Shown piece by piece: positions 1 to 13,230 of a stretch of DNA of 64,000 nucleotides. Positions within the stretch are counted from its first letter, which is position 1, and every line of letters begins with the position of its first letter. The notes below the pieces were generated by a model. That model searched no databases and was not told the DNA's origin. It saw nothing but the letters and a program-made list of their open reading frames with translations. The translations under genes and the position numbers were made by a program. This DNA is from Octopus vulgaris (taxonomy: Eukaryota). The stretch covers positions 98,394,001 to 98,458,000 of the forward strand of contig OX597821.1 of the NCBI GenBank assembly GCA_951406725.2, read 5' to 3'.

Positions 1-370
1 ATGTTTTTATCTAATTATGACTTCATCAGCAGTGTAGATTTCGCTGTACTTCCTGAAGTAGTGTTTAAAAATTTTTTAAATCACTGAGTAAATGTCTCAG
101 CAAAATAGAATTGTGCCGCACTACTGCCATTTAGTCACTCTGTCACAATGATTATTTCTCTCCAACATCCAGCACCTCTTGTGTATCTGTGTTTTTTTTT
201 TTGTTTACTCTTCCTCTCTCAAGGTTGGAGAATTCAACCGACATATGTCAGCTGTTATTGTATAGCGATTGTAAGGATGATTGTATTGAGAGAAGCAGTA
301 CTTAACAAAGTAGCGGGAACTGATATCATCCACACGGCGTTTCAGCTGATACTAACGTTGTCATCATTCA
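1..370 (+). mobile_element. Highly degraded hAT (Charlie/SPIN/GTF2IRD2-like) transposase remnant
   Basis: Broken-frame translation gives (L)ENSTDICQLLLY..DCIE and GTDII, resembling the hAT motifs LDESTD..QLL.FVR and TTG.DIF; many frameshifts. Confidence 0.3.
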
Positions 371-705
371 CTGCTCTAATCTAGTACTATAACTGACTCC
401 AAAAGGATGAAAGGCAATGTTGACCATTGTGGGATTTGAACACAAAGAGAGAAATTCCAAACTTAACTAGTTCTTTCATTAACAGAGGGTCACAATATTG
501 TGAGAATAGTCAATCTGAACTGAACTTCAATATGTAACAGGCACATTCTTTTTAGTAAATCCTGGGTAGTGAAGTCATCACAGATAGCATTTGACTCAAA
601 ATATTGAATGAAAACTGTAAGGTATTTAGTCCAGCTAAATACTCCACTACTTCTAGCAATAGTTTCTTACTGTCACCATGTCACCATAAATGATCACAGT
701 GCTTA

Positions 706-1035
706 TTGAGACCCCCACCCCTCATTTGGTGGATTGCACCTAGAAAGTTACCCTCCCAGACACAAGTCCGGGCAAGTTTGTTTATGGAAGACCAGCAGTC
801 GCCCATGCATACTGGCCTCCCTTCTCCACACCACCAGTGTTATCCAAGGGAAAGGCAAAGGGGCCGATACAGCTTGGCACCTGTGATGTCACAACTCATT
901 TCTACAGCTGAGTGAATTGGAGCAACGTGAAATAAAGTGTCTTGCTCAAGAACATAACGTGCAGCCCAGTCCGGGATTCGAACTCACAACCTCACGATCG
1001 TAAGCTCGACGCTCTAACCATTGAGCCATGCACCT
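706..1035 (-). mobile_element. tRNA-derived SINE with CORE-like central domain
   Basis: Minus strand starts with a tRNA-like head (TGGCTCAATGG A box, GTTCGAATCCC B box), then GTTCTTGAGCAAGACACTTTATTTCAC; 12-bp TSD TCACAGTGCTTA at 694-705 and 1036-1047. Confidence 0.8.
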
Positions 1036-1362
1036 TCACAGTGCTTAACTAGTAATAAATTTATCAAATTCAGGAGAAAAGTGAAAGATGAGACCACTAG
1101 CAGGATTTGAACTCAAAACACAGAAGGCAACTAACTTAATTACTAAAAAGTATTCTATCCATCATAAACAACTGTGTCAAGCTCGTTAATAATAATTATC
1201 CTTTCTACTACAGGCACAGAAACTGAAATTTTGAGGGAGGGGATTAGTTGATTACAGCAACCTTAGTGTTCAATTGGTACTTATTTCATTTACCTCGAAA
1301 GGATGAAAAGCAAAGTTGACCTCAGTGGAATTTGAACTCAATGTGAAAATGCAAGAAATATC

Positions 1363-1593
1363 TATTTCTTTACTACCCACAAGGGGCTAAACACAGAGAG
1401 GACAAACAAGGACAGATAAACGGATTAAGTCGATTATATCGACTCCAATGCGTAACTGGTACTTATTTAACCAACCCCGAAAGGATGAAAGGCAAAGTCG
1501 ACCTCGGCGGAATTTGAACTCAGAATGTAATGGCAGATGAAATACCGGTAAGCATTTCACCCGGTGCGCTAATGTTTCTGCCAGCTTGCCACC
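1363..1593 (-). mobile_element. Young tRNA-derived SINE with Deu/Nin-like domain (family D)
   Basis: Full-length copy GGTGGCAAGCTGGCAG...GACTTTGCCTTTCATCCTTTCGGGG...GTTTAGCCCCTTGTGGGTAGTAAAGAAATA; imperfect TSD AATG(C/G)AAGAAATATC; nested in an older copy. Confidence 0.85.
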
Positions 1594-3029
1594 TTATAAT
1601 GGAAGAAATATCATTAAGTATTTTGACCAGTGTGCTAACAATTCTGCCAGCTCGCCGCCACTTTATAATAATAATTAGAGCTGGCAGCATTGTTAGCATG
1701 CCAGACAAAATGCTTAGGGGCATTTCATTCGTCATGTTTTGAGTTCAATTTCCACCAAGGTCAACTTTACCTTTTATCCTTTCAGGGTAGATAAAATAAC
1801 TATCAGTTGAATACAAGTGTTGGTGTAATCAATTCCTTCCCACCCACAAAATTTCAAGCCTTGTACCAACAGCAGAAAGGATTGTTGCTATAATTTTTTT
1901 CAACTATTATTTCAAATTTTGACAAATGACCAGCAATTTTAGGGAAATGGTGATTAGTCAGTGACATCAACCCCAGTTCTTAGCTGGTACATTATTTTAT
2001 TGAGGGCAAAAAGACGAGAGGCAAAACTGACCTCTGTAGAATTTGAACTTAGAACATCAAGAACCAGAAACATCTGCAGAATTCTGCCAGCTCACTACCC
2101 TCGTAATAATAATAATCTCTAACATGGGTACAAGGCCAGTGGTGAAGAAGGGAAGAGTTTAATTGGATTTAGCAACCACAAAATATATCGAAGCCAGGAG
2201 GAGGAAGGCAAAGTTCACTTCATTCAGATTTGAATTCATAACTTAAAGAATTGGAACAAATACAGCAAAGTATTTTGTTTCATGCTCTAATGATTCTAGC
2301 AATTAATTTCTAATTTGGGCACAAAAACTAAATATTTGGTGGGAGACGTAGAGCTGATTAAATTGACTTTAGTACTCAACTTGTACTTTTTGTTAACGAT
2401 CCCAGAAGTACAATGTGCAAAAAATTCTAATGGAATTTTAATTTTGAATGTAAGATTCTTTTAGCCCTTCAACTTAACAAGTACTTCTGATTTAAAAACA
2501 AGGCACAAAACCCCTAGTACTTGATAGGTACTTTATCTTAATGGCCCCAAGAGGATGAAAGGTGAAGCTGATCTTTGTTGGATTTGAACAAGGAACGTAA
2601 AATCAGAAGAAATACAGTAAGGAATATTTCTATTTTTGAGATGCTTCAATGACCTGGCCTGCTTGCTACCCTTAATAATAATAATCCTTTCTATTATAGA
2701 CACATAGCCTGAAATTTTGAACAGGGATAGTCAATTACACTGATCCCCATGTTCAACTGGTACTTAATTTATCGACCCCAAAAGGATGAATGGCAAAGTC
2801 AACCTCGGCAGAATTTCAACTCAGAATGTAAAGACAGGCGAAATACTGCTAAGCATTTTGCCTGGCATGCTCACCATTCTGCCAGCTCACTGCCTTTAAT
2901 AATAATCCTTTCTAAATTAAGCACAAGGCCTGAAATTTTGGGGAGGAGAATAGATTACATTGACCCCCAGTACTTAACTGATACTTGTTTTATTGACCCC
3001 AAAAGGATGAAAGGCAAAGTCATCCTAGA

Positions 3030-3515
3030 TGGGCTACAGCAAATATTCTGTTCAATACTACAAATTTGCTTGTCATTTGCTTGACCTTCACCAGTTGAGC
3101 ATGTCCCTTGGTGGCTGACAATATGTGCATCTCTGATCACAAGCAGAAGTAGTGGAGGAGCATCATAGCCATGTGTTGAGAGGAATTTTTTGGCGTTTGA
3201 ATAATTCACCTCAGGAAACATGGGCGTTTCATTCAACATCTTTAAGCAACCCTTATTCAGAGACCTTTCCAGCAAGATGAGCTACTTAACCTGAAGAAAA
3301 TTCTAACTGGGTCCCATCTGCAAGGTCATGCACTGCTTGTCTTGATATGAGACCATCATGTTGCGCATATATGGCTGTGATGCATGTGCTTGGTGTACCC
3401 TTATCAGGCAGGCAGTCATGAAGAGTATACTGGGTTTTGTATATTTTATACCAGTGTCACTTTGATGGCATGCACTGCTCTCTCACTCAATGATAACAAC
3501 AACAACAACAACAGC
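3030..3515 (+). repeat. Unclassified ~480-bp insertion ending in (AAC)n, probably the 3' end of a non-LTR element
   Basis: Abruptly truncates a family-D SINE at ~3025; GC-richer than its flanks; ends CTCTCTCACTCAATGATAACAACAAC; only one copy in the window. Confidence 0.35.
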
Positions 3516-3712
3516 AGCACAAGGCCAGCAATTTTAAGGATGGGGTTAGCCAATTGCATCATCCCCAGTACTTGACTGGTACTTTATTTTATCAATCCTG
3601 GGGGGATGAAAGGCAAAGACAATCTTGATGGAATTTGAACTCGGAATGTAAAGAGCAAGAGCAAATATTGCACAATGTTTTCTCCAACTCACAGTTCTAC
3701 CAGCTTGCTGCC

Positions 3713-3748
<36 letters not shown>

Positions 3749-4484
3749 GCTTCGAGTGACAAGAGGGCATTTTCAAGAGAACACTGAGGAAAGTAAGACA
3801 GCAATGGATTTGTAAAACATTTTGGCAAAGTTATCATATGAAAGATAAGGTTTTAAATATAGTAAATTACAAGAAAAATTGCCCCAGGAGAGGGAAGCTA
3901 CACAGTATATTATGATAGAGTTAGAATGACACACATATTAGTGAGAAAATGCACATCATGCACATACACACACACACACACACACACAAGAAAGAGGAGG
4001 TGGATGGAATGAAACACAGCAAGCCAGAAAGTAGGTAAAGACAGACAGACAGGAAGAAGGTGGTGGTGGTGGTGGTGGTGGTGGTGACAGGAAACACCTC
4101 TAAAATGTTACCTGAAAAGAAAGCTGAGCCTATTCTGTATTGGGGAAGCTAATTTTAGACTTCAGATCGGATTAGAACTTCAAAAAGGATACTAAAATAG
4201 CAGACTTTGCTGCTATATGAAGAATAAAATATATAAACGAGTGAACAAATAAAAAGATAAACAAACAAATCTTGAAAGTAGATTACACACAGGTACACAT
4301 AAATGCAGGCACATATACCTATGCAAGATTAAAACTTGCTTTTGGTATGCCCAAGTATCAAATGACTCGTAATGTCTCCAGTAGTAACAACAATAATAAT
4401 AATCAATAATATTCAGCAGAAATCTTTCCTATTCTGATGGTTGTAATGCACAATTGCATTAATGTCTTCAATGTTCTCTGGTAT

Positions 4485-4740
4485 TGCCGCTGGCACGTAA
4501 AAAGCACCATCCGATCATGGCCGTTTGCCAACCTCGCCTGGCACCTGTGCCGGTGGCACATAAAAAGCACCCACTACACTCACGGAGTGCTTGGCGTTAG
4601 GAAGGGCATCCAGCAGTAGAAACATTGCCAGATCAGACTGGGCTGGTGCAGCCTTCTGGCTTCCCAATCCCCAGTTTGAACCGTCCAACCCATGCTAGCA
4701 TGGAAAGCAGACGCTAAATGATGATGATGATGATGATGAT
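4485..4740 (+). mobile_element. SINE-like element with V/Meta-type domain and (GAT)n tail (family M), 5'-truncated
   Basis: TTGGCGTTAGGAAGGGCATCCAGC..AGAAA domain; CCGTCCAACCCATGCTAGCATGGAAA..GATGATGAT tail; near-identical copies elsewhere in the window. Confidence 0.8.
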
Positions 4741-6640
4741 GTTTAGTTTCGAAGAAAAAAGTTATTATAAAAGGTCATACCTGTTAAGTGTAGGGGGCCA
4801 GAAAAGCTCAGGATAAATCTCAGGAAATTAGGCTTCAAAAGATAGTCTCTACCACATACCCATCTCATCTCACTAGTCATAGTTTCTCACATAGGTACAA
4901 GGTGACACCATTATGTAGAGAAGCATGTAGAGAATTAAACTGAATCCAGTATATGACTAGTATTTATTTATTATACTAACTCTACTACAGTGTTTCCCAA
5001 CCTATTCTCCCCAAGACTCCACTATAACTTTCCAGAAAAATGTATGCCTCATTGATGAAATATTGTTAAAGAAATATCCACACCAGGGCATTAGAATGGC
5101 GTTATACTGTAGCCTTCACACAGTATAGGTGCAGTGTTATGTTTGCTTCACAATTCCATGACTCACTAAAAAAAAAAAAAAAATTGGGGACCCCATGATC
5201 CACCACAATTTTCTCATGCCTCACTACTCTAGACGGGTGTGAATAGCAAAGTCTAATTCAGCAAAATTTAACCTTTTGATTACCATGGTTAAGAAGTCCA
5301 CTTTGCAATCAGGTTTTGGGTTCAGTCCCACTGTGCAGTATGTTGGGCCAGTGCCTTCTACCACAGTCATAGGCCAACCAAGCCCTACAAGTGAATTTGG
5401 TAGAAGCTGTGTTTGTCCCTCCCACACCAGTTCAGGATAAGAGGCCAATAGAATAAGACAAACAAAAAAAATAACAATGGGGTCAATTCATTCAACTAAA
5501 GCCCTTCACAGTGGTGCACCAGCATGGCCATTGTTCAATTGTTGAAACAATTAAAAGATAAAAGATATTTCTGTTGAAATACCCTGCTTTTGTTTCAATT
5601 AATTTTGAACATAATGAAAACTATAGTGTAAACTTTTCATTATTAACCTGATGTATGAAACGTTAACATGAAATTTTGATAGGAATTTTAATTTAGATTA
5701 CTTTGAAGCAGGAAGCTTATGTCATTGAACCTTGGGTTATTTCAGGTAGGTTGATATCAAAAGGGTTTTTGATTTTAAATTTAGGATGTAAGAAGGAAGT
5801 AACTAAGTATTACTTTACCTTTTTATCTGATGCTCTACTAATTCTACCATAACAATCAATACACAGATTTTGTGAGGGGAGCTACAGTCAAGTACTTGAG
5901 TTACTAGTACTTGGAAAAGTATTAAGTTCTAAAGTAGGAATATAATTAAGCAAAGTGTTTTAGTTTCCTACTGCATGACACTGATACAGTAAGACGGACA
6001 AGAAAGTGTGAAGCAGATGCACTGTGTGAACTAAGGTAAAGATGTTCATATAGTGAGCTAATTCAGAGAGAAGGGGCAGAAAAGTCTATGTTCACTGGAT
6101 GGGGTTAGCTTCAGTTTACATTGCTATGGATTCACTGTTTGAAACCAGCTCAATCACTCCAGGTGAAAGCCAACACATGTGCAAATAAACAAGTCAGAAA
6201 GAAGAAACAGTAAATATGTTAGTACTGATGATTGACTCCTTGCACTTGAATGGCCTTTCATGTTTGTCAATGTAACAGAAGCATTGTCTTAGAAATATCT
6301 AATGTGAGGTAAGGCTGTTTGTATGCATGTGTGTGTGTAGCCACAACAATGTCCCAGATATGAAGATGGCATAAAGTATACTCTAACTGTTTACGAATAT
6401 CAATGACATTGTCCCCAGATATGTGAACAAGTACTGTAATGAGGGTCTAAAATATTTTTGATGCAATTGCAGTCCTAGATAAGTGAACACTATTGCAACA
6501 TGCGTTTAGAATTATTGTAGCAATAGTAATAACCCAGCTATGTTAGCAATACACCAATTTGGATTACAGTTTTAGCAACTGACATGAGCAAAAGCATAAT
6601 CATCAAGATACAATATTGAGAATGTTATACACACATACAT

Positions 6641-6970
6641 ATCATCATCATCATCGTTTAACGTCCACTTTCCATGCTAACATGGGTTGGACGATGTGAC
6701 TGGGACTGGTGAACCAGATGGTTGCACCAGGCTCCAATCTTGATCTGGCAGAGTTTCTACAGCTGGATGCTCTTCCTAACGCCAACCACTTCGAGAGTGT
6801 AGTGGGTGCTTTTACATGCCACCGGCATGAGGGCCAGTCAGGCGGTACTGGCAACAACCACACTCAAATGGTGTTTTTTTACATGCCACCTGCACAGGAG
6901 CCAGTCCTTGCTCAAATGCTTTTTCACGTGCCACCAGCACAAGTGCCAGTAAGGTGAAGCTGGTAACGAT
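6641..6970 (-). mobile_element. Family M SINE-like element
   Basis: Reverse complement of the family M domain and (GAT)n tail. Confidence 0.8.
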
Positions 6971-7096
6971 CACACTATATATATATAGGATAGAGAATTT
7001 GAATTTTAACATTTGTATTAACTTTGAGGAGTGTTAATTATGTGTTGTTTATATATACAGAAGGTGTAAGACAAGGTTTTTTTTTTTTATTGATAC

Positions 7097-7225
7097 CTGT
7101 AGTAATTTAGTGATAGTGCAATATTGTTGAAGGAGATAGAGTTGTTGTGTCCTTATGAGAGGTTGTTTTTGAGGTCTGCGATCACAGAAGTAGTACAGCT
7201 CTGGTGTGAGAAATTTTGCTTCCAT
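7097..7225 (-). CDS. Possible alternative first coding exon of the host gene (MEAKFLTPELYYFCDRRPQKQPLIRTQQLYLLQQYCTITKLLQ)
   Basis: ATG at 7225, 43 open codons, then a CAG|GTATCA donor in phase 0; lies in ~600 bp of repeat-free sequence; no homology recognised. Confidence 0.25.
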
Positions 7226-8034
7226 GTAAATGATGCCTGTGCTACATTTCAAAAGAATTTCAACTCAGTCCATAAAAGGTTATAATGAAAAACCCCCAAC
7301 ACAGTTTGTACAGAGGTTGAAGGTACTTTGTGTTCACAATGATTTTCCCCAGTTGGCAAAGTTTATGTGGAGGCCAAAACGGAGAAAATATGTATAAGCC
7401 AAGAAACAGCTAGTGATAAAGCCAAAAGGGTGAACAGCAACAATGAGAACAACAATGACTGCAATAACTGAGGAGCTCAGTATATTACTGGTATGAAATT
7501 AACATCAACAGCTCGCCTCCTCTGAATTTCCAGTTTACAAAGAGTTGTTTCTTAAGTTTATCTTTTCCTTCCTGCTATTTACTTCGTCACTTATATTTTC
7601 ACTGCTGTCAAGACAAGGTCAAAGATCATTAAACTGTGATGAAAGGCAGATATTCCTTCAGAGAAGGAATGTTCACTCCCACCTCTATGCATGTGTGAGC
7701 GTTCATGAGAGAGAGAGAAAGAAGAAGAGAGAAAAAGAGGGAGAAAGAAGAAGAGAGAGAGAGTATCTGTGTGTGCATATGTCTGTGCATGTGCACACTT
7801 GTGTAAATAAGTGTGTATGCATTGTGTGTTTGAGAATGTGTAATGCATAAGTATATATAGAAACCATGCCTTGCACACAGGCACTCAAACTCATAAATAT
7901 TTTCAGTGTAAAGTTCGACAATAAATCCTAAGACACTCATTTAATAATCTGTAAACTGTTTAGCTAACCTACTACATAGCTTTATTAATTTTCTTTTTTG
8001 TTTTTTTTTTTAAAAAGTCAGTCTATACTGGTGA

Positions 8035-8455
8035 GGTTAGCATTGTGGTATGGCTGATGTCCATCTTTAATGCCTGAAGGTCCATGTCCACAAGAAAACC
8101 AAGGGGTGGGAAAAATCCTAAAAGGCATCATTTCTGAGGACTGGGTAAATATGATTTTTAATGAGCGAGTGTAGGAGGAAAGACACAGTCAGGATGACAA
8201 AGTGGGGGCAAAAAAGAAGAGATAAGTGGGTTGGGTGGACCAGGATAGAGTGTTTCGGGTCGACACTATAGAAGATACCATAGTATAAGAAGTAGAAAGA
8301 AACAGCAGGGTGTTTGCAAGCTACTGGTTGTATGTCTTGTTGCGTCAATCAGATGATATCAGCTAAGAAGTGGTCTTGGATATGTCCACAGCAGGAGTAG
8401 TAGCACCAGTGAAGATATTCTAATGTGGGATTGTGGGTCTTACAAGGACTTAGTT
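8035..8455 (-). mobile_element. Degraded CR1/L2-type LINE 3' ORF remnant
   Basis: Broken translation KSLVRPT..LEY, QDIQPVACKHPAVSFYFLYY and DLQALKMDI resembles the LINE RT C-terminal pattern VRPHLEY...LQPL.HRR...FYRYY...DL..FK. Confidence 0.4.
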
Positions 8456-8471
8456 GACCTTTTTTAATACC

Positions 8472-8702
8472 TGTTTCTTTACTACCCACAAGGGGCTAAA
8501 CGCAAAGAGGACAAACAAGGACAGACAAACGGATTAGGTTGATTATACCAACCCCAGTGCGTAACTGGTACTTATTTAATTGACCCTGAAAGGATGAAAG
8601 GCAAAGTCGACCTCGGCGGAATTTGAACTCAGAACATAACGGCAGACGAAATACGGCTACACATTTCGCCCGGCGTGCTAACTTTTCTGCCAGCTCGCCG
8701 CC
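8472..8702 (-). mobile_element. Family D SINE, full length
   Basis: Matches family D end to end; TSD TTTTTAATACC; inserted in the left end of a degraded MITE-A (to ~8915). Confidence 0.9.
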
Positions 8703-9118
8703 TTTTTAATACCAACCCATCTGAGACTACCCCTAGTTCAGTGGCACACAGCCTTCTTGTTTTCAAGAGCTCTAAATTAAAACATTCAATCAAAATTTCA
8801 TGATTTATTTTCCAAACACCATCTTAATAATGACAGTAATTTTACTGAATTCTTCACTATTTTCAAAATTAGATGAAACACAATTTGAAGTATTTCATCA
8901 GAATTATGGTAACTGAAAATTTATTTACATTTATTTAGGATTTGGGAGGTAAAATTAGATTAAGTCAACTATGACCAGGATTTGGTTTATTGGACTGAAT
9001 TAGTATAGTATCACCTAGTAAAGACTTCTTGAACAGATATGGTGGTTTGCTATTCTGCCAAGAACCACTTATCTTGTGGTTGTCTCACCAGAAAAATGGT
9101 ACAAGTAACACCCCATAC

Positions 9119-9261
9119 TGGCTGTGTGGTAAGTAGCTTGCTAACCAACCGCATGGTTCCGGGTTCAGTCCCACTGCGTGGCATCTTGGGCAATTGTCTT
9201 CTGCTATAGCCCCGGGCCAACCAATGCAGTCAAATGACTGAAACAAGTAAAAGAGAAAGAG
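9119..9261 (+). mobile_element. Family C SINE with a large internal deletion
   Basis: Head TGGCTGTGTGGTAAGTAGC joined directly to the tail GCAGTCAAATGACTGAAACAAGTAAAAGAG. Confidence 0.8.
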
Positions 9262-10407
9262 ATACTAATTTTTTTCTTTTAAATCAGTTGTGCTACAAAT
9301 CTTTATTCTTCATACAATTTAGTCCAACAAGTTTGATGTGTCTATAGTTGCTTGTTTCTAGAACATTTTTAAATTACTCTTGTAACAGTTGAAGTTGTTG
9401 TTATAACATTAGTCACTGAGAATGACTTTTTCAATAAAGTTATAAAGTTGTCTATAAAAAAAAATAAAAGAATAAAATAAACAGAAAACCCTGTTTGCAA
9501 AGGGGCTGTGCACTCATTTCTGAGGAAGCAGAGTAATGCATGTGAAAGATATCTTGAGCAGGGTGAAACCATTTTACTTAATAAAAAAAAAAATTTTTTA
9601 AAAAAGCTTAAAAAAAAAAAAACAGGCTTTCTTTGGATTCTTGATGTTTTATAAAGAAAAATGCAAAACACAAGATTGGAAATGATAAATTAGAACAGAA
9701 AAATTTTGCTTTTATCTAACTGTGAGACTGTTTGTATATAGATAAAATTTTATATGAGACATCCATTGTGCATGTGTGTTGAAGGGAGCTTAAATGATTA
9801 CACTGTAATATCTATTGTTAATTTGTAAGGAAAAAAAAAAACCCAGTAGAATTGAAAGATTGGATGAGCTCTAAGCATTCTTCACATTTGACTAACATCT
9901 TGTATCATTTATTTAATAGCTGAGTCAGAGGAGTAAAGACAGCAGTTATCATTCTTTCTGGGGGCTTCCCAAATTATCCTCAGAATAGAAACCTGACCAG
10001 AATATTTACAGAGTGCTGTTCTTGCACAAACTTTTCATCTATCAAATTTAACAATGCTTTGGTCAAACTGAGATTTTGGTAGAAGGCACAATTTACTCAA
10101 ATTGTAGCATGGTGGAATTGAACCTGAAACCACGTTTGTGTCTTAACACAAATAGTTGTGTATAAACCCAAACATTTAATATCTGGCAGTTGTTGCAGGA
10201 TTACTAACATATGAATTAATTTCATCATCATTTTGATTCTTACTTTCCTATGCTTGCAAGGGTCAAAATGAAAATTCAGGCAGATATTCTACAGATGGAT
10301 GGCCCGTCTATCAATAACTTTGATTTGTTACCAACAACGGTAATATTTCTCTACAACCCCCCAGACAGGACATAATTTCACAGATGATTGGAAGCAAACA
10401 ACAACAA

Positions 10408-10683
10408 CATCATCATCATCATCATTTAACGTCCGTTTTCTGTGCTAGAATGGGTTGGACGGTTCGACCGGGGTCTGGGAAGCCAGGAGGCTACACCAGG
10501 CTCCAGTCTGATCTGGCAGTGTTTCTACAGCTGGATGCCCTTCCTAATGCCAACCACTCCATGAGTTTAGTGGGTGCTTTTTATGTGCCAGGGGAGGCTG
10601 GCAACGGCCACAATCGGTTGGTGCTTTTTACGTGCCACCGGCACAGGAGCCAGTCAAGGCGGCGCTGGCATTATTTGTATAAC
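10408..10683 (-). mobile_element. Family M SINE-like element
   Basis: (CAT)n, TTAACGTCCGTTTTC and GCTGGATGCCCTTCCTAA motifs. Confidence 0.8.
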
Positions 10684-10684
10684 G

Positions 10685-10724
<40 letters not shown>

Positions 10725-11622
10725 TACATGACAGACTTCTTCAGTTTCTGTCTACCGAATTCACTTGCAAGGCTTGAGTCAGGCTCATAAGAAACAAAAA
10801 AATTATTTTACAAAATTTCAATTCTTTACATACGTTTTGGTAGCAACAGCACCATTTGTTACACTCATTAGAATGTTGAGATTTTAAGATCATATGGAGT
10901 TAATCTATGTTATTTGATGTGTTATAAAATATTTTTATATTAAACTCAATGTATGTGTGTAAGAAAACTTAATTTGTAACACCAAAAAACTATACTTTAT
11001 CCTAAAATAAGCTGGAAAAATAAATTAATTTTTTTTGTTTCTGCATATTGACAATTTAGGCATTATAAAAATTTAAGAGTTTAAACCAAAATGGGATGAA
11101 AAGCAAAGTTGACCTGGGCAGGGTTTGAACTAAGAATGTGTGACCTACAACTCATACTGCAAGGCATTTTGTCTGAAGCTCTACCGTCTTGACAATCTTG
11201 ATGATAACATAAGCACATGCATTTTAAGGGAGCTGGTATAGTGATATAATGGATATCAAACCCTGATTAGTAGTCATGTTATTGATTCCGGAAGGCTGAA
11301 AGACAAAGAATCGGGCAAGACTTGAATATGGAACATAAAGGAATGAGAAAATACAAGAGATTTAATCTGCCATCAACCACCCAAATAATAATAATAATAA
11401 TAATCCTTCCTACTATAGGCACAAGGACCAAAATTTGGGGGGATGGGGGTGGGGCTAGTTGATTAAATTGACCCCGGTGCTCAACTGATTTTTATTTCAT
11501 CAACTCCAAAAAGATGAAAGGCAAAGTCAATCTCAGCAGAATTTGAACTTAGAATGTAAAGGCAAATGAAATACTGCTAAGCATTTCACCCAGCTTGCTA
11601 ACAGTTATGCCAGCTCATCACC

Positions 11623-11654
<32 letters not shown>

Positions 11655-12779
11655 TTCTTTCATTACCACAAGGGTAACAGTGGTGGGTCAAAAAAGTGTG
11701 AGAATTTACACAAAAATAAAATGAATGGAAAAGAGTGATGGGGGTGTATGTGAAGAATATGGTATAGAGGGTAAAGAAATGTGCCAGAGAGACTTAATAA
11801 TAATAAATAAATCTACATCATTCAACAGCATAAAGGTAGAAAAAATGTTATTTATAGAGAGTTCTATCTAGACTTTCTCATCAATAAAGGAATTTGTTCA
11901 GGGAGTTGTTATCTATGCAACATCCTTCTTCAGAACAACTAGGGAGCTGGGTAAGGGTGGAAAAGAAACCCCAGCTCTACACACAACTGTAAACAACATT
12001 ACACTTCGGTTGATACACCAGTGTCTCGCACACCACCCTCACCTTACTTTACCTTCCCAAACAACCATCCACCCACCAACCAACCAGCTTTATCTACTAA
12101 GATCTTTGAAAAGCAACCACTTCTTATCTGCTCCTCTCAGCCAACAGATGATCTGTGTCCCAGACAGAATACTGACTAAAACTCTCAATGTCAAACCAGC
12201 GTGGAGAGGCAACTTCTGGGAGGCTAGATTTCTTCTTTTTTTTTTTTTTCAACACTTTCCTCCAGATCCCTACTCATCAACATCTATTTTAACATGCTTT
12301 TCTACACTGGTATGGGTTTACACCAGCCAGCCTCCTTGTACAGTAATCACAACTTAATCCAAATCTTTTGTCATCTCATGTGTGATGCGCAACAGACTAT
12401 GATCTGACATATGGGACTATGATCTTCCCATCCTTTATTCTAGTCATCTACCACATGTCAACTTTCACTGTCAGTACATAGTACTTTTTCCAATCAGCAG
12501 CTATCAACCATTCATACCACACATCCCTACCAATACAGTTACTTGTTATGCACAGCTTATCATGCTTACCAAAATTTCAGTGAAATAATAATTAATTCTA
12601 TTGTCTTATCTTGGGCCAATGCACCAATCTGCAAACAAAGTACAATTGACAATGGATACATACATATTACATTTCAAACAGTTGGATTGATTCCATTAAT
12701 AGTGTTTTGAGTCTTTCTGAAAAGGCTGAATATTATCATGGGGTGCCTACACCAAGTTTCAAAACATCTAATAATCAAG

Positions 12780-13230
12780 GATTTCAAAATCAACAAGATT
12801 GGCCTTCTTCAGAACAGTCTTCTCTACAGAGCCAAAACTAAACTTTGAAGAAGGAACTACACCCAGAAGAAAGAGCTTCATGACCATTTTGACTGTATGA
12901 ACAAAAGGTTTCTCATGCTGGCTGAAAACAACTCAGTGTGAGCCCAAGATTGAAAAATTAAATTTATGGGCACATTGCAACCATTTCTATTATAGTAGTT
13001 TAATGCAGGGCAGGCTTTGCTGGCTGCTGCCATTGTGCTGAACAACAGATTATACCAGATGCTATATTTTGGAAACTTCCACAAGTTAGTAGAAGATGAA
13101 GACCACTGAAGTACATTGATCTTATTGACAGAGGCACATGAGATTAAGGATTCTTGGTGCAACAACAAAATGCATCTTAGTTGCAACCACTTGAAAAGTG
13201 TTTCAAGATGCATATGGCAAAGTAAACTGG
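12780..13230 (+). mobile_element. Degraded RTE-clade LINE 3' region
   Basis: Broken translation LYGH..PF, FAG..C.EQQIIPDAIFWK and RPLKYID matches the RTE C-terminal pattern LYG.LPP...RFAGHC.R...LLW...GRP..TYID. Confidence 0.5.

Larger units (their letters stand above)
1080..3720. mobile_element. Cluster of older, degraded Deu/Nin-domain SINE copies, mostly minus strand, linked by (AAT)n
   Basis: Repeated AAAGGATGAAAGGCAAAGTCGACC..GGAATTTGAACTCAGAA variants near 1300, 2010, 2205, 2550, 2780, 3000 and 3605; a plus-strand copy at ~1680-1885. Confidence 0.8.

Noticed and set aside
325-372. Minus-strand AUGAUGA...GAAACGCCGU resembling a hammerhead
   Set aside because: The core lacks C3, there is no convincing stem I or II and no NUH site; the region is better explained as a hAT remnant
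960-1035. tRNA-like sequence
   Set aside because: It is the head of a SINE, with TSD and body, and lacks a complete acceptor stem; the same applies to family C and D heads
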